Assembly: GCF_006345805.1 (NCBI RefSeq)
Contig: NC_043009.1
Location: 34,844,001-34,908,000 of the forward strand
Origin: Octopus sinensis
Lineage: Eukaryota
Reading direction: 5' to 3'
DNA: 64,000 bases
This document shows positions 63,721 to 64,000 of this stretch, in pieces. Position 1 is the first letter of the stretch. Every line of letters starts with the position of its first letter. The position numbers and the translations under genes were made by a program. Under the pieces are notes generated by a model that was not told the DNA's origin, ran no database searches, and saw nothing but the letters and a program-made list of their open reading frames with translations.

Positions 63721-63777
63721 TCTATCACAAATTTTACTTTGGTTGCTAAAATTATGCTTGTAAATTTGACTTTACTC

Positions 63778-63980
63778 TCTCTTTTACTTGTTTCAGTCAT
63801 TTGACTGCGGCCATGCTGGAGCACCACCTTTAGTCGAGCAAATCGACCCCGGGGCTTATTCTTTGTAAGCCCAGTACTTATTCTATCGGTCTCTTTTGCC
63901 AAACCGCTAAGTAACGGGGACGTAAACACACCATGTGGTTGGTTAGCAAGCTACTTACCACACAGCCACTCCTGCGCCTA
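63778..63980 (-). mobile_element. SINE family C, internally deleted
   Basis: Head joined to tail at acacc/atgtgg. Confidence 0.85.
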
Positions 63981-64000
63981 TCCTTGTAAATTTTAGCTAT

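Overview
AT-rich, microsatellite-dense eukaryotic DNA. The SINE families and (TA)n/(CA)n/(AAT)n content point to an octopod cephalopod, probably Octopus (inference from recognised repeats). Only two host exons are supported, and they converge. One is the terminal exon (TM4) of an anion-type Cys-loop ligand-gated ion channel subunit (2704-2874, +). The other is the terminal exon of a DUF4773-like protein (61837-62108, -). The ~59 kb between them is mostly decayed transposons: piggyBac, several mariner/Tc1 elements, a Helitron 3' end, Gypsy pol, RTE-type and REL-type (HERO-like, Dong/R4-like) LINE ends, many Penelope-like (PLE) remnants and dozens of tRNA-derived SINEs. A 166-bp 28S rRNA fragment lies at 240-405. 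The most notable signals are: (i) about a dozen type I hammerhead-ribozyme-like motifs, several nearly intact; (ii) a PLE whose 3' region carries a tRNA-like A/B-box module directly upstream of a hammerhead-like motif; (iii) a ~590-bp foldback with a hammerhead in each arm; (iv) SINEs showing all four head/tail combinations, with the probable RTE donor of one tail in the same window. Most ORFs in the supplied track are microsatellite or antisense artefacts. All identifications were made by eye, without database searches or folding software.
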